Source: Eledone cirrhosa (taxonomy: Eukaryota). Taken from it: a DNA stretch of 64,000 bases. Position 1 is the first letter of the stretch, and each line of letters opens with the position of its first letter. Position numbers and translations under genes: made by a program. Below are positions 51,400 through 64,000 of this stretch, piece after piece. The notes under the pieces are model-generated. The model saw nothing but the letters and a program-made list of their open reading frames with translations. It was not told the DNA's origin and made no database searches. Location of the stretch: positions 86,800,001 to 86,864,000 of the forward strand of contig OZ024746.1 in the NCBI GenBank assembly GCA_964016885.1. The letters run 5' to 3'.

Positions 51400-51933
51400 T
51401 ATTCCCCCATGTCCCCTATGTCTGCCTTAACCTACAACCACACGCAAAATTCGATCCTGTAAATGTCGGTGGTGGGTATCCATTTCGAGAACCCTGCTTC
51501 TCCTATGGCCAACTTTATGTTGCCTGTTCCCGCGTAGGGAGCAGGAATGAAATTTTTGCTTACACTCCTCAAGGGATGACATGCAATATCGCCTACAAAG
51601 AGGTGCTATAGAAGTTGGTGTAGGTGTTAGAGGTGTTGGAGCTATGCTGTCTGGAAAACTATTTCCTGGTAGGGTCACCCATGGCGAACAGATCTGACAC
51701 CCAGCGGCATCAGGGCCACCATCTTGCAACTTTGGTCTGCTAAATTCGCTATTGGAAGATTATTAACCCATCATTGATTGTCCAAAATGGTAATGGGTTC
51801 GAAACTTTTAATAACCGGTTCAACTGATTTATGCACTTAATTGATAAGCTTATTCAGTTTCAAGCCACGTTTACCTGTATGTAACTTTTCTAGCAAATGA
51901 ACAAACCCGAGCAACGCCGGGCTAAACTGCTAG
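51400..51933 (+). mobile_element. Helitron 3' end with a PIF1-like helicase C-terminal remnant
   Basis: 51483-51611 reads FREPCFSYGQLYVACSRVGSRNEIFAYTPQGMTCNIAYKEVL*. Terminus cccgagcaacgccggg-ctaaactg-CTAG-t at 51930-51933. Confidence 0.85.
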
Positions 51934-53274
51934 TATATATATATATATATATATATATAAAGCGAAGGAGAGATTAGAAGAAATAACATTAATTTCACAT
52001 TTGTCAAGCCCATTGTTCTTTAAAGAATCTCAAACTATATACATATATATATATATGTGGAAAGAGAGAGATAGAGATAGAGAGAGAGAGAAAAGGAGAG
52101 AGAGAGAGTGAGAGAGAGAGAGGGAGAGATAGATAGATAGAGAGAGAGAGAGGTGAAGGTGAACGAGGAATGAAGGAGAAAGAAGCACAAAAAGAAAAGA
52201 AAGTGTGAGTGAGAGAGAAAGGCAGAAAGCAACCTTCACGTACTGTATCTCATATGTATGTGCCCATGCGTGTGTATGCATGTGCACATTTCTAATAAGG
52301 TATGATCAGGGGTCAAATCAATCCTGATTGGACATGATCTTAGACCTTATATTACCTCTGTCATAACCTCACATATACAATATGTTACCATCTTTCATAT
52401 GAACCAGCTTGCTAAGAAAGAATCAAAGAGAGACTTACACTATATATCTACACTGCCGCATTAATGCCTGCTGTAATCACTCAAACGCTTCTTACGTTAC
52501 AAACACGCTACATTAAGTAGTCATAGTAAATTGCTTTAGCATAATGTATCATACTATCAAAGGGAAGAACCGTCGATCAAATTAAGAGATCAGCTTTTAT
52601 AAGTTTAGTTCATAAATGTTCAATTCAGTTTGGCGGAGATGCCTATCCAATTAAGCAGACAATAAATCCGTAATTTCCTTTCCCTTTGGCAATACTGATT
52701 TCAAAGAAATTTTAAAATTCGTTAGTTCAGAGCATACAATTGTACGTGTGACATCATAGCACAGAAAATATATTTCATTAATTTGCTTTAGTTTTTGTTC
52801 ACACTATTGTACATGGTTCATGTAAATTAATGCTAACTTCTGTTAAATATTACTTTCTTTTAATCAGCCACCAAAGCAACATATTTCAGGGAAAGAGAGG
52901 TCGTGTAGAAATGTATAGATATGTGACATTGACAGGTCTTTTAAAAGCAATTTTACTTTCATAAGGTGTAGGCAGCTGGGTCGACTATTCAAATGTTATC
53001 ATCGCAATCAAGAGGATGCGAGTTCATCCCATTGTATGTTTGAAAGCTCATCGAGTGGACTGCGCCCGTAATTCAAAGAACCGATCTTGTCACACAATCT
53101 GAGAATTGCGTTAATGGTATACGCCATTGTTACATCCGTTTCATGAGCAGGCTGTTCCATTGATCGAAGAAGTAGAATGATCTTCGTTGAAACCGACGGA
53201 GGTCTATTCTATGCCAATAAGGCCACAAGATAAATGTAATAGTTTTATCTGTAAATCGAAATTATAAAGCCTCA

Positions 53275-53590
53275 CACGGTCACAAATGACCATGGTTTTG
53301 CACCTAGAAAGCTTCCCGCCGATGCACAAGCCTGAACAAGGTTTGTTTTATGGAAGACCAGTAGTCGCCCATGCATATCAGTCTCCCCTTTTGACGCCAC
53401 AGATGTTGTCCAAGGGAAAATCAATGACCGATACAGCTTGGCACCAGTGATGTCGCAACTCATTTCTACAGCTGAGTAAATTGGAGCAACGTGAAATAAA
53501 GTGTCTTGCTCAAAGACACAACGCATCAATCGGTCTGAGAATCGAACACACAACCTCTTAATTTCAAGCCCAATGCTCTAACCTCTAAGA
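53275..53590 (-). mobile_element. SINE family B (CORE-like); a partial plus-strand relative lies at 52990-53205
   Basis: Minus strand head cttagaggttagagcattgggc, B-box-like gttcgattc, core gtctttgagcaagacactttatttcacgttgctcca. Confidence 0.8.
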
Positions 53591-54582
53591 TAAGAACATC
53601 TTAGAATTTTCCACCTTTCCCACCACACACTCAGTTAATTATTTATATCTTTACAACCATATATAAACCCATATTTTGAAGGTGAATAAGAGAAATGAAT
53701 ATTGTTACGGTAATACATTTCCGAAGTAAGTTATAAGAAAAAAACAAAACACCTCGCTTCAATAGAGAATTTAGTCCTGCACTGTATCGATGTTGGCATC
53801 TACTCTCAATGAAAGAATTTTTATGAGGGAGCAAACTTAGAAATTGCAGCCAAATTCCAAGCTATATTACAGTGTCTATAGAAAATGAAAGACATTGAAA
53901 TACTGTTGTCTTAGATATACTACATCTAAAGGCACAACTGGACGGCCACGATTAGAAAGTCTGTCATCATATCTCTGCTGTGTCACATCGGACGTGGAGT
54001 TAAACAACAACAACAACAGCAACAACCAAAACACCGATCTTGCGGAGGAGATCAGCAGAACGGGGTCCAAGTACGACTGAGGTCCTACAAAAAGTGGCAA
54101 CATTGTACTACAGATAACTGTTTTAATTTCATTGAGAATGGTAATTTTATGTTTCAATGGTTGGGCTAATATCAGTTAGTAACTATCATGTATTTCACAA
54201 TTATAACAACATTGACAGGTAAAGAGTATAGCTTTAATAATAAATGGAAAATGCAATTATTTCGTAGTTTTACAAGCTCTGCTCCTCTTCGTTATCACTA
54301 TTGACAATAACAATGTCAATACACTGATACATATGAATCAATCTGCGGCGAAGGTTGTGGGGGAATATTTTGAAAGGTTGTTCACTGGCGCTGTTGCTTT
54401 ATTGTTATTTCGGTTTATAGTTCCATCAGCAATCCTTCTTTACTTGCTACTCAACATTGTGTGTTGCATAGTGCATGGGAAAGCAATATGAATATTTATA
54501 CATACAAACGTGATTGCGTAAATATTTAATCGATATTAATGGTGGTTGTAGTTTTGAATAAAACAATAATGAGGATGATCAT

Positions 54583-54765
54583 AAATGTTTCTACTTTTGG
54601 CACAAGGCCAGCAATTAACCCGGTGTATTACTGGTACTTTATTTTATCGACCCCGTAAGGATGAAAGGCAAAGTTAATCTCGGCGGGATTTGGAATCAGA
54701 CCATAAAGGGACGTAACTATTTGCTGCAAAGCATAGCGTCAGACCCTCTACCGATACTGCCAATG
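54583..54765 (-). mobile_element. SINE family A
   Basis: Full consensus match. Confidence 0.88.
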
Positions 54766-55174
54766 ATACACGATGATAATAACGCCAACGAAGATGATGA
54801 TGACATTTATTCAAATTAGACAGTATATGTATGAAATATAGATGATGCTAGTGGCCCTTATATCAATGATTGTGTCCTCGGCATTTTTCGAAATATTTAA
54901 TTGTGTCTACAGTAGAGTCGGCCAACGACGCATGTCTCTGTTGGGATTCGAGAATGCTTGCTTCTTGGCCTATCTCAATATCATCGGTTTCATAACGGTA
55001 AATGTGTAAATAATTGGGGGACATAAGCTGTAACATTTGTAGACAGAGCAAATGTAGTAATATGTGTACACGTGATAGTGGCGGTCTTGATAGAGATGAT
55101 ACTGGTTGTACGAGTTGTTTTCAAGTTTTGTTGGAAATTCTATCTTTAGCTTTGCATTAGCATTAGTGCGAATT

Positions 55175-55460
55175 AGGTGGCGAATTGGCAGTCATTAAGA
55201 CGTCGGAGAAAGCTTTACCGTATCCTTCCCACCCCATTACATGCTCTGAGTTCGAATTCCCGCCGTGATCAACTTTGGCCTTCATCCTTTCGAGATCAAT
55301 AAAAAAGTACCACTCCAATACTGAGGTCGATTCGTTCGCTATAGAAAAAAAAATCTGCTGTGTTCAGACCTGGAGAGGGTTGGGCACTCCCAGGTTTAAA
55401 GGTATCCTAGACACGTCGTATGATGGTTCGTTTATGACACCATAGGAGTTATGGGATCTT
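55175..55460 (+). mobile_element. SINE family A variant with the alternative tail
   Basis: Same organisation as 46046-46380. Confidence 0.65.
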
Positions 55461-55871
55461 TATCCTTATCGTAGCATTAGTGTTGATGGTGAAGGTAATG
55501 GTTGTATTTTATAGTGCCTATGAGAGCTTTAGAGGATACTCTGTAAGAGATTTCTGTTGATCGGTCCATACAACACATTACATGCATTCCAAAACTGCCA
55601 GCACAGAAATACCATTCAAAACTGAAAACTGAAAACCACTTCGGAAAATGTTTAATAGCCTTGAGTAAAATGTACAGATTTTAATAATAAATAGAAATTT
55701 TCTGATATTTCCATAGTCAACATCAACAACAATGATAGTTATTATCCTCATCATCATTATCCTCATCAGAAGCTTCAGCATCAGTATCACTGCAGCAGTG
55801 CCATTAATATTATTGTGGTATGGGAAGAGAAGTGAAGGGAAAGGAGAAACATCAACAGCATAATATTTTAA

Positions 55872-56692
55872 ATAATTGTTTCTACTTTAGGCACAAGGCC
55901 AGCAATTACCAGTGCATTACTGGTACTTTATTTTATCGACCCCGGCGGGATTTGAACTCAGATGGTAAAGGGACGTAACTATGCTGGAAAGCATGGCGTC
56001 CGACCCTCTACCGATACTGCCAATCCACCGCCCATAATATTTTAAATAATGAGGATAACTACATTATCGTCAATTGCTGTCCTTGTGCCAAAAGTAGAAA
56101 CAATTATTATTATATAAGGGCGTTGGATTGGCAGTATCGGTAGAGGGTCGGACGCCATGCTTTGACGCATAGAGTTACGGCCCTTGCCATTATGAGTTCA
56201 AATCCCGCCGAGGTTAACTTTGCCTTTCATCCTTACGGGGTCGATAAAATAAAGTACCAGTAATGCACTGGCATAATTGCTGGCCTTGTGCCAAACGTAG
56301 AAACAATTATTATTAGAGGGTCGGACGTCATGCTTTGACGCATAGAGTTACGGCCCTTGCCATTCTGAGTTCAAATCCCGCCAAGGTCAACTTTGCCTTT
56401 CATCCTTACGGGGTCAATAAAATAAAGTACCAGTAATGTACTGGGTAATTGCTGGCCTTGTGCCAAACGTAGAACCAATGATTAGTATATAAGGGCGGTG
56501 GATTGGCAGTATCGGTAGAGAGTCGGACACCATGCTTTGCAGCATAGAGTTACGGTCCTTTATGGGCTGAGTTCAAATCCCGTCGAGGTTAACTTTGCCT
56601 TTCATCCTTACGGGGTCAATAAAATAAAGTACCAGTAATATACTGGGGTAATAGCTGGCCTTGTGCCAAAAGTAGAAACAATTATTATTATC
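55872..56692. mobile_element. Cluster of SINE family A copies: one minus (55872-56033), a tail stub, and three head-to-tail plus copies (~56117, ~56316, ~56492)
   Basis: Near-identical consensus units separated by (att)n. The minus copy is flanked by cataatattttaaataat. Confidence 0.9.
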
Positions 56693-59429
56693 AAAAATAT
56701 TGATAATGATCTCTTTTATTTGACACTGAGCCTCAAGGCGTTGGGTGCTTGACAGGAGAAAGGCGAAATACAAATCAAGCAAGAACATAATTATTGTTGT
56801 TGTTGTTGTTGTTGTTAATAATAATAAATTAAATGGTGATGATGTTAATGATGACGAAATCATGATGAAAGTCATCACTGATAGTAGACAGTTTTCTCAA
56901 TCATTAGGAAAAATATGTGAAAAGGATAGAAAATATTAAAAAATAAAGCAGAAAACATAATGAATGAAAGAAAAGAATAAAAGGAGAGGCAGAGAAAATG
57001 AAGTACTAGGAACACTTCTGAAGGAGTTTTGTAAAATGAAAAGAAAAAACATATTAAGAATTAGATAAGGTTGTCGTGTAATTATCTTGTTGCAGTAGAG
57101 AAAAAGAACTAGATGGGGAAAAATATGAATAAAAATAAAAAAAAAAGAAGAAAAGATAGAATTAGACTTTCCATATGGTACTTTGGCATTTTTATCTGTC
57201 GAGGTGAAATGTAGAAATAATGATTAAAAGATATGAGAAGTTTAGTTTAAAAAAAAAAAAGAAAATTGGGAAAAAATGTCCTAAAATGGAGAAAGAATCT
57301 AAAATATGATGCATTAAATATGGTTTCCAAATTACACGTTACGACTGGATTGTTAGTCATTTTGAAATTGGAACATGTTATTTCTATTAGTAAAAACATA
57401 TGCTTGTATGATTTATGGCCAGAGCGAATTCTGGTCAAGAAAATCATTGATTTAAAGCATCCTCAGATTTCGTTCCTGTGGAGTGTATTTTGGTTACATT
57501 TGGAAACTTGACTAAAAAATACCAGAATGCTGCCGCTGCTTACAGCCATCGCTTAAAACACAATAAATGCAGCAACTTTTCGCAGGCAGCTATGATGTGT
57601 ATGCCACTGAAATCTAACTATAATAACTAAGTGTATAGCGTTGTACATGCGACAGTTTAACATGATGACATGATCACTAGAGTGGCTGTTACTCTGGTTA
57701 AACAGAACTGTGATACAATATATTCTGGATGTAATAAGCCTGTCTTACTTTAAGGACTTCATTATCCACTAAATCGTTCTCAATATAAAAAGTCAGAAAT
57801 AGTTTTATGGAGACTGCTGGTTGAACTTTCCCTCATTCACAGATAAAATGCTTATCTATTCTGCTTGTTCTATCAACTACAGTATTTGGGAAACTTAATT
57901 GTTTCAGCTATAGTAAACGCTGTAAGCTAACAACCAAACCTATACCTTATAGGTTTGTTCAGTTGCGACTCTCACTTTTGTTGAGATTTATGAAGATCTA
58001 GAAAGAAAAAAAGTTTAAAAGTCATAACATTTTAATCTACTAATATCATTTTAGTGTAGGGGTTATTATATAGGGATCTTCTAGGATAACGAATTTGCAC
58101 AGAAGTAAATATCGAAGACCATACACAATCCATAAACAATAATTTTGTGAATGATTTCAGAAACGTCTGGGCACTAAACCATGTTGTTCAATATGTACGT
58201 ATTTTACGTCGCGTTTCAGGACTTTTGCATCAACTCCAGCATCATATGTTTCTATTGCGGTATTGAATAAGGTAAATATATATATTTAGACAGATTAATT
58301 TGCTATCGAGAAACCATGTTGCTGATAATAGATTTTGCTTTCTTCCGAATTAAATGATATCTGTTCTTTTCTTTCGTGTGTGTGCATACGCAAGTAATGT
58401 TTGTATTTGGGAAATATATGGCAGGCGAAGAGTCAAAGAGGCAGAAAGTCAGAGGGAGAGAGAGGATGGGGAATGAGAGAAAGTGAATGAAATATGGAAG
58501 GAAATACACAAAACGGAAACTAATTTCATTTTGATCTATCATGTGGATGATTTGTATGGTATTTGCAGAATATTTGTATATTGAAACAATGTGTCATTAT
58601 GAGTTTAATGTCCTGGACATTTAAGTGTTCCTATGTAATTGCAAACGTAATATTTGTGTATGTTTTGTGTTGTGTGATTTGTAATTTGTACATGTATTGG
58701 ATTATATTACAGAAAATATCTTATTGATCTCATATATTTGTTTTAGAAAATACAATCTTTCCGCTTTTGACTACATGTAATATATCTGATGCTACATTTG
58801 AACGGCCTATTACATCTTTACATAATATCTAATGGAGGTTTATACTTTTCCGTACATGAATTATGGAATGTTTGTATATCTCTATGCATAAGTGAAATCA
58901 TATGATAGAAAGTTTCTCCTTTTGACAAAAAAAAAAAAAAAATAATAAAAATAAAAATAAATGAAAGTGAATAAAAATAATTAAAAATAAAATAAAGAGC
59001 AAATAACTCGTTGGAAAAATTGAATAGCTAGAACTAGTTGGATTGGAAGTGTTCTGTTTACGTTAATTGCATTTACAGACCTCACTATTAAAGCATTAAT
59101 ACATTGATGTTACTAATGCTATGCGCATGGGATAACGACCAAAGCCCTAAGATCGAAATATATAAGCATTGTAGGAAATCTAGGAAAAGATTTCCTCGGG
59201 AGACTGTACGTATTTCAGTTAATCTGGTTTGTGAAATGGGTTCGGTTTCTTATTCAATGACTTTCCGTGTTCGATATTTCCCACTGTAGTCTTAAGAAAA
59301 GGGGAATGGACTAGGTTGATTTTCCAGCCTTTCAATACACCAAAACGAAAGTATTATGTCCATCTCACAATCCATTTGGTGGTAAGACCCGGCATCCCAA
59401 CCCACCTCACAGAGAAATGTAAAATAAAC

Positions 59430-59875
59430 AAATACCGGGGTTTGTCCGGTCGATTCCTCTTCACACCGGTCACCGTCGAGACGTCAAGCGTACTTGGCCC
59501 CCCGTACCGCCGAACTCCTCCGCAAGATAGGAGCATCGGTGGCCCGTCTGAGGAGGGAGCCCCCACGAGGTTGGGTGGCTGATGCAGCGGGTGTCACTGG
59601 CCATCGTCCGGAGGAATGCTTTTGCGGTCTTGTCCGCGGGCGGAGCACTCCTTCCCCTTTGCCCTAGGCCTAAAGCCCAATCACCCTCTCAACTCATCCC
59701 TCCCCTCTCTTCTGCTACACCAGAGCTCTTGTCATTCCCTCCCTTTCCGGTTCTTTTCTTCTTTCTTTCTCTCTTTTTTCTTCTATATTTCCCTATTCTT
59801 TATTTTCATTTGTTTCCACTTTTTTCATTTTTTCTTACTAAATAAGGTTTGATTTTTGCTTTTGAATAAATTCAT
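59430..59875 (+). mobile_element. CRE-like 3' end with 3'UTR
   Basis: KYRGLSGRFLFTPVTVETSSVLGP...WLMQRVSLAIVRRNAFAVLS, then a pyrimidine-rich UTR with aataaa. Confidence 0.75.
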
Positions 59876-59945
59876 TAGCCACATTAAACAATATAGAAAA
59901 TTGTTGAAGATATTCTTTATAAATTTAAAATAGTAGAGACGCTTA

Positions 59946-60610
59946 TCTATATATGTCTGTGTGTGTGCTGTGTGTGTGTGTATGTGTGTGCGTGTGTGTG
60001 TGTGTGTCTGTGTGTTTGAATCCCTAAAACTCGAGAAGTACCCAGCCGATTTTTTTCAAACTTTACGTTTATATTACCTATGTTTCATGGAGAGTTATGC
60101 ATATAAAAAATTCAACTTTTTGATCCCCTAGGGCCCGCAGTAGGTGAAAAACTGTGTTTTTTCAGGTTTTAGGGTTTTTTTGAGGCATTACGTCAGACCG
60201 ATTTTCTTGAAATTGTAACTATTTATTAGTCAGTCACTTCTTCATACCGTAAGCAAAGAAAACCCAACTTTTTTATGGCCTAGGGCCCGCATTAGGTGAA
60301 ACACTTCATTTTTTCAGCTTTTTATCGCTTTTTTGAGGCGTTACGTCTAGCCGATTCTTCCGAAATTCCAAGGCATATTATGCACATAAAAAAAAATTCA
60401 TTTTCTTGATCCCCTAGGGCCCGCATTAGGTCAAAACCTGTATATTTCCTGCTTCATCGAGGAAAATTCTTAAAGATTATCCAGCCACCAGAGTATTCTG
60501 TTTATTTTCTTTACATATTGTCCAGGCATGCAGTTTTTCCACGATTAGGTCTGTTGGTGGCTCGCGTTCCAAAATAGCTTATCCCGTGCAACGCCGTGTA
60601 CCACTGCTAG
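59946..60610 (+). mobile_element. Non-autonomous Helitron (family of 47862-49305)
   Basis: a|TCtatatatgtc(tg)n ... cccgtgcaacgccgtg-taccactg-CTAG|t, with three cctagggcccgca subrepeats. Confidence 0.82.
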
Positions 60611-60876
60611 TTCTTTATAAATTTAAGATAGTAGACACGCTAAAACATATATGTCATTTGACTGTTAAAACCACACCAGTCCTATATGACCAGTTACTGA
60701 TTCGCTCAACACTATTTGGCTGAAACGCATCTCATTCCTTTTCTGCGCCACTCACTCTGTGTCGATTGCTTTTCGCGTCTATGTGTCTAACTGAACCGTT
60801 CGTCTTATTTATTCTTTGTTCGATTTAACTATTAAACGTTAATATAATGTATTATTAAATGTAAGTATACATACGT

Positions 60877-60913
<37 letters not shown>

Positions 60914-61100
60914 CATACACCCCCCATATATATATATATATACATATATATACACATATATATACATATACATATACACGCATGGGTTATATCAAATATT
61001 AATAATAATATTCCATTCGTTTGCAAACATACAGTTCGATTAAAGCTTACCGTGCCGATGACAAATAGTCATCCGTTTGTTCAATACTGGCATTGAGGAA

Positions 61101-61141
61101 CAATCAACATGTTTCTGAGCTATTACCCTTCATCAGAACTG
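61101..61141 (-). ncRNA. Minimal type I hammerhead ribozyme motif (Penelope-like element type)
   Basis: Minus strand reads cagtt-CTGATGA-agggtaatagctca-GAAA-catg-T-t-gattg. Stem III is the palindrome ACATGT and stem I is cagtt/gattg. Confidence 0.65.
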
Positions 61142-61249
61142 TATACCTCTGCTAATCTGTTGAACGGTTGAAAATATAGTGTAGCCTCATTTGCATACCC
61201 TGCGAGTTACTGCTGACCGTTCCGAAAACTAAAAAAAAATTAGAATTTC

Positions 61250-61710
61250 TTCTTCTTTTCTTCACCCACATATTCCCGAGAAGGTCGTGGGGTCAGAATC
61301 CTTAAACACTCCCTACAGCGAGTCCTGTCAGGAACAACCATCTCCAACTGATAAGTTTGATACCCAAGCACGACCAGCTCATGGTTGTTATCGAACCATC
61401 TTGTTCGAGTTCTACCACTGGGTCTCATACCTGTTTGTTTTGCTCCTAAATTTGTCCAGTGATTCTTTCCTGAGACCACGTGCCCGAAGTATGACTGCTG
61501 TGATCTTTCAATTCGGAGAAGTAGCAACTCTATCTGGAGTGGCTCTCTGATCTCCCATTTACACACTTTTTTGAGTAAAGTTACTCCAAAGGCCCTTCGG
61601 AGGAACCCCATTTCAGCTGCTTGTGTTTGCTGTTGTACTCTTTCGGTCATTACCCAAGATTCATGAACATATGTAAGCATTGGCCCGAAAACCGAATTCA
61701 AGACAGTGAG
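61250..61710 (-). pseudogene. RTE 3' fragment with (AAG)n tail
   Basis: PMLTYVHESWVMTE, QAAEMGFLRR, IERSQ..YFGHV and RPSGR.RTRW. Confidence 0.85.
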
Positions 61711-61959
61711 TTTGGCTGACGCATTACTGCAAGATCGTATTTCTTTAAGATTCTCCAGTATAGGGTTGAATTATGATGTTAGATAGTGTGACTCAGAATA
61801 GAGTGGCAATATTGTTAGTGGTAATGGTAGGGGGCTGAAACTAAATAGCTTCATTTTGTCAGCTAGGAGCCAGGTGCTGTTTTGACCCATCAATGTTACC
61901 TAATTTGTGTCATCTAGATGCCTATGTTGTTATTTATTCTTCTGTCTGTTTTCACCAAC

Positions 61960-62088
61960 GTTACTATTTTCCAAACAAATCTAACCTAAAATGACACTTG
62001 TGTTTTATCATTATATATATATATATATATATATAATGATAAAACACAAGTGTCAAGTTAGGTTAGATTTGTTTGGAAAATAGTAACA
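61960..62088. repeat. ~130-bp palindrome centred on (TA)n
   Basis: gttactattttccaaacaaatctaacctaa..tgacacttgtgttttatcat(ta)n followed by its inverse. Confidence 0.88.
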
Positions 62089-62499
62089 TATCTTCCTCCT
62101 CTCACAAATGTGTTGACACGATAGACACCAGTTTGAAAGCACTTATCTTTAGTTATCTATCAATCTATCCGTCTTACTATCTATCCATCTCTCTCTCTTT
62201 CTCCGTATATATATACACAAATAGATTAAAAAGTTTGAGAGCAATTTTATTTGAAAAATGTCTAGACTTTTATGTATGCTAATTTGCATGAAATTACACT
62301 TCCGAACGATAATCTCATTTGGTTTGGTGTTCCGTCGATCCTGCATGTCAGCGAGAAGTAAAAGACAAAATGCAATTGCTCAACGTTATTATATAAAATG
62401 TTATGTCTCATCGGCTGTTTATGCATGAGATCTCTCTTTGAAATTCCTGTGGAAATATTTGATACGCATCAGTAAGTATAAAAAAGCGTTCGTTTTATT

Positions 62500-63400
62500 T
62501 ATGAGTGGGGTTGCAGATTATGTTCCTCTGTGAGAAAGAAAACAGTAGTTTGGTTCGTACTATAATAGTTCTATATGACATTTTCCGGAAAATATTTCCC
62601 GTCTTGCACTACCCAAATCTGTTTTCACACCTGAAGACCAAGAGACAAGTGTTGTTTTATAATCCCCACCTCCACTCCTATCAGGTTTCGAACACATTCG
62701 TTGTCTTCCATAGAACAATGTCAGCATGCTATTTGTTTTTTTTGTTTGTTTTGGCCATGTAAAATAATGAAGGAAGGTATTGTCAGCCCTATGCTTGTCA
62801 TTTTTGTGCTGTTGACAGCGACATCTACATTCTATGAGATGGTTTTTTCTCTAGGCGTTTGTTTTTAGTCGGCAACGATATATAATTCTAAAGTTGTAAA
62901 TCGACTTTTTACTTTACTTTAATGTTTGTAATATTTTTGCGTTGTGTATCTTAATGGCTGAAGATATCCTTGGCGGAGATGGAGCATATCTTAATATTAT
63001 TGATCATCTGGGATAGTTAATTACCTTTCGGGAAATGCTTCTGAGTTAGGGAGAGGAACGGTCTTGCAAAGCCACAACAATGTTATATGATGGGTTATAA
63101 GGTATAACAGCTCATTTCACAATATTTTTTATAAAATGATAGATGATGTTGGTAAGGGAACTATTGCTTCTTGTTTAGATTTGCGTTGTAATGCATAACT
63201 GTAATAATGTGCATTACTGCTGCAGGCGTCTATGTTGGAGCATCATGCATTTGTTCTCTTAGTGCTGCTAATTGGGTTATGTTTGTGACATTCGGAGAGT
63301 GGCTGGAATTGGTAGGGATGTACAATGTGGTGTTAAAATACATTGTAACGGGAAATTTTAAATGGAATTTTAGCATACCATGATGATGTTTTCATCAGCA
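62500..63400 (-). pseudogene. Highly degenerate Naiad-type Penelope-like element, RT C-terminus to GIY-YIG
   Basis: Minus-strand pieces LYIPTNSSHSPNV (cf. YIHxxSNHPP), VIPYNPSYN..RPFLSLTQKHFPKG (cf. WFNPPY..FLxLIDKHFP) and SIGLT (cf. YIGLT) occur in the expected order. Confidence 0.5.
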
Positions 63401-64000
63401 ATAGACTACCTGGTGCTGACCGAACACTCCTTAAAACTTAACCAATATCTGAATAACACCTCATTAATTCCTCACCAACATCATGTTTTTAGCACCTTTT
63501 AAGATTTCAGAAACGAGAGAGAGGCCGCTACATTTTACAAACATTATTAGGCTAATTTTTAAAAAGCTGAAATTGGGGGAGCATCTTTCATAGAGATTAT
63601 ATCCATTCAGTCTTCGTCAACTTCTTCTGCCATTTTTTTGTTTCTGAGGTGAATCAAATTAAAAGACTGTGGGTAATGTTCTGATAGCAGCATTTAAAAA
63701 ACTGATAATAAAACAGAGAAGTTATATATGAATAAAAATGCAATGGAGAAAATAAAATTTAGAGATATCTTTAATTCTTTCAAAGAAACATGAAAGGTTT
63801 CGACGGAAGATTAAAGAGGTTAAACAAGATACGAATACCAGGAATTAAACTAGAAATAGACGAATATTGGAAATAATTATGCTTAAAAGAAATCCGTTCT
63901 AAAAAAAAGATAGTGCGTATAAAAGATGAAACTCAGCAACATAGAGAATGCAAAGATATTGAAATACATGTCCAATGAAGTGATACAAATAAAAACAAAT

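Noticed and set aside
55872-56692. CRISPR-like repeat array
   Set aside because: The units are ~190-bp SINE copies with no unique spacers and no cas genes, in a eukaryotic context.
57250-57900. Possible decayed DNA-transposase fragment (DVYATEI.Y...C-like motif)
   Set aside because: It has too many stops and no termini, so it cannot be assigned without a search.

Overview
AT-rich, microsatellite-dense eukaryotic (metazoan) DNA. The SINE families and repeat landscape suggest a cephalopod such as Octopus, but this is inference. I found no credible host protein-coding exon. The window is a mosaic of mobile elements. It holds a near-intact RTE LINE ORF2 (1-1710) and a full-length but decayed Tx1-clade LINE (26801-31814, 20-bp TSD) lying just upstream of an intron-containing elongator tRNA-Met gene or pseudogene (31841-31934). 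Two more Tx1 fragments and a Dong/R4-like element are stacked in one (ATT)n tract, and a second R4-like family sits in (TACA)n. There are also CRE-like 3' ends, Penelope-like (GIY-YIG, Naiad-like) remnants with minimal hammerhead ribozymes and many palindromic ends, a mariner, a hAT MITE, non-autonomous Helitrons and many tRNA-derived SINEs. The best leads are the Tx1/tRNA-Met(intron) junction, apparent microsatellite target partitioning among retroelements, palindromes that pivot on hammerhead stem II, and a Helitron flanked by a ~33-bp direct repeat. All calls were read by eye, and coordinates of degenerate elements are approximate.
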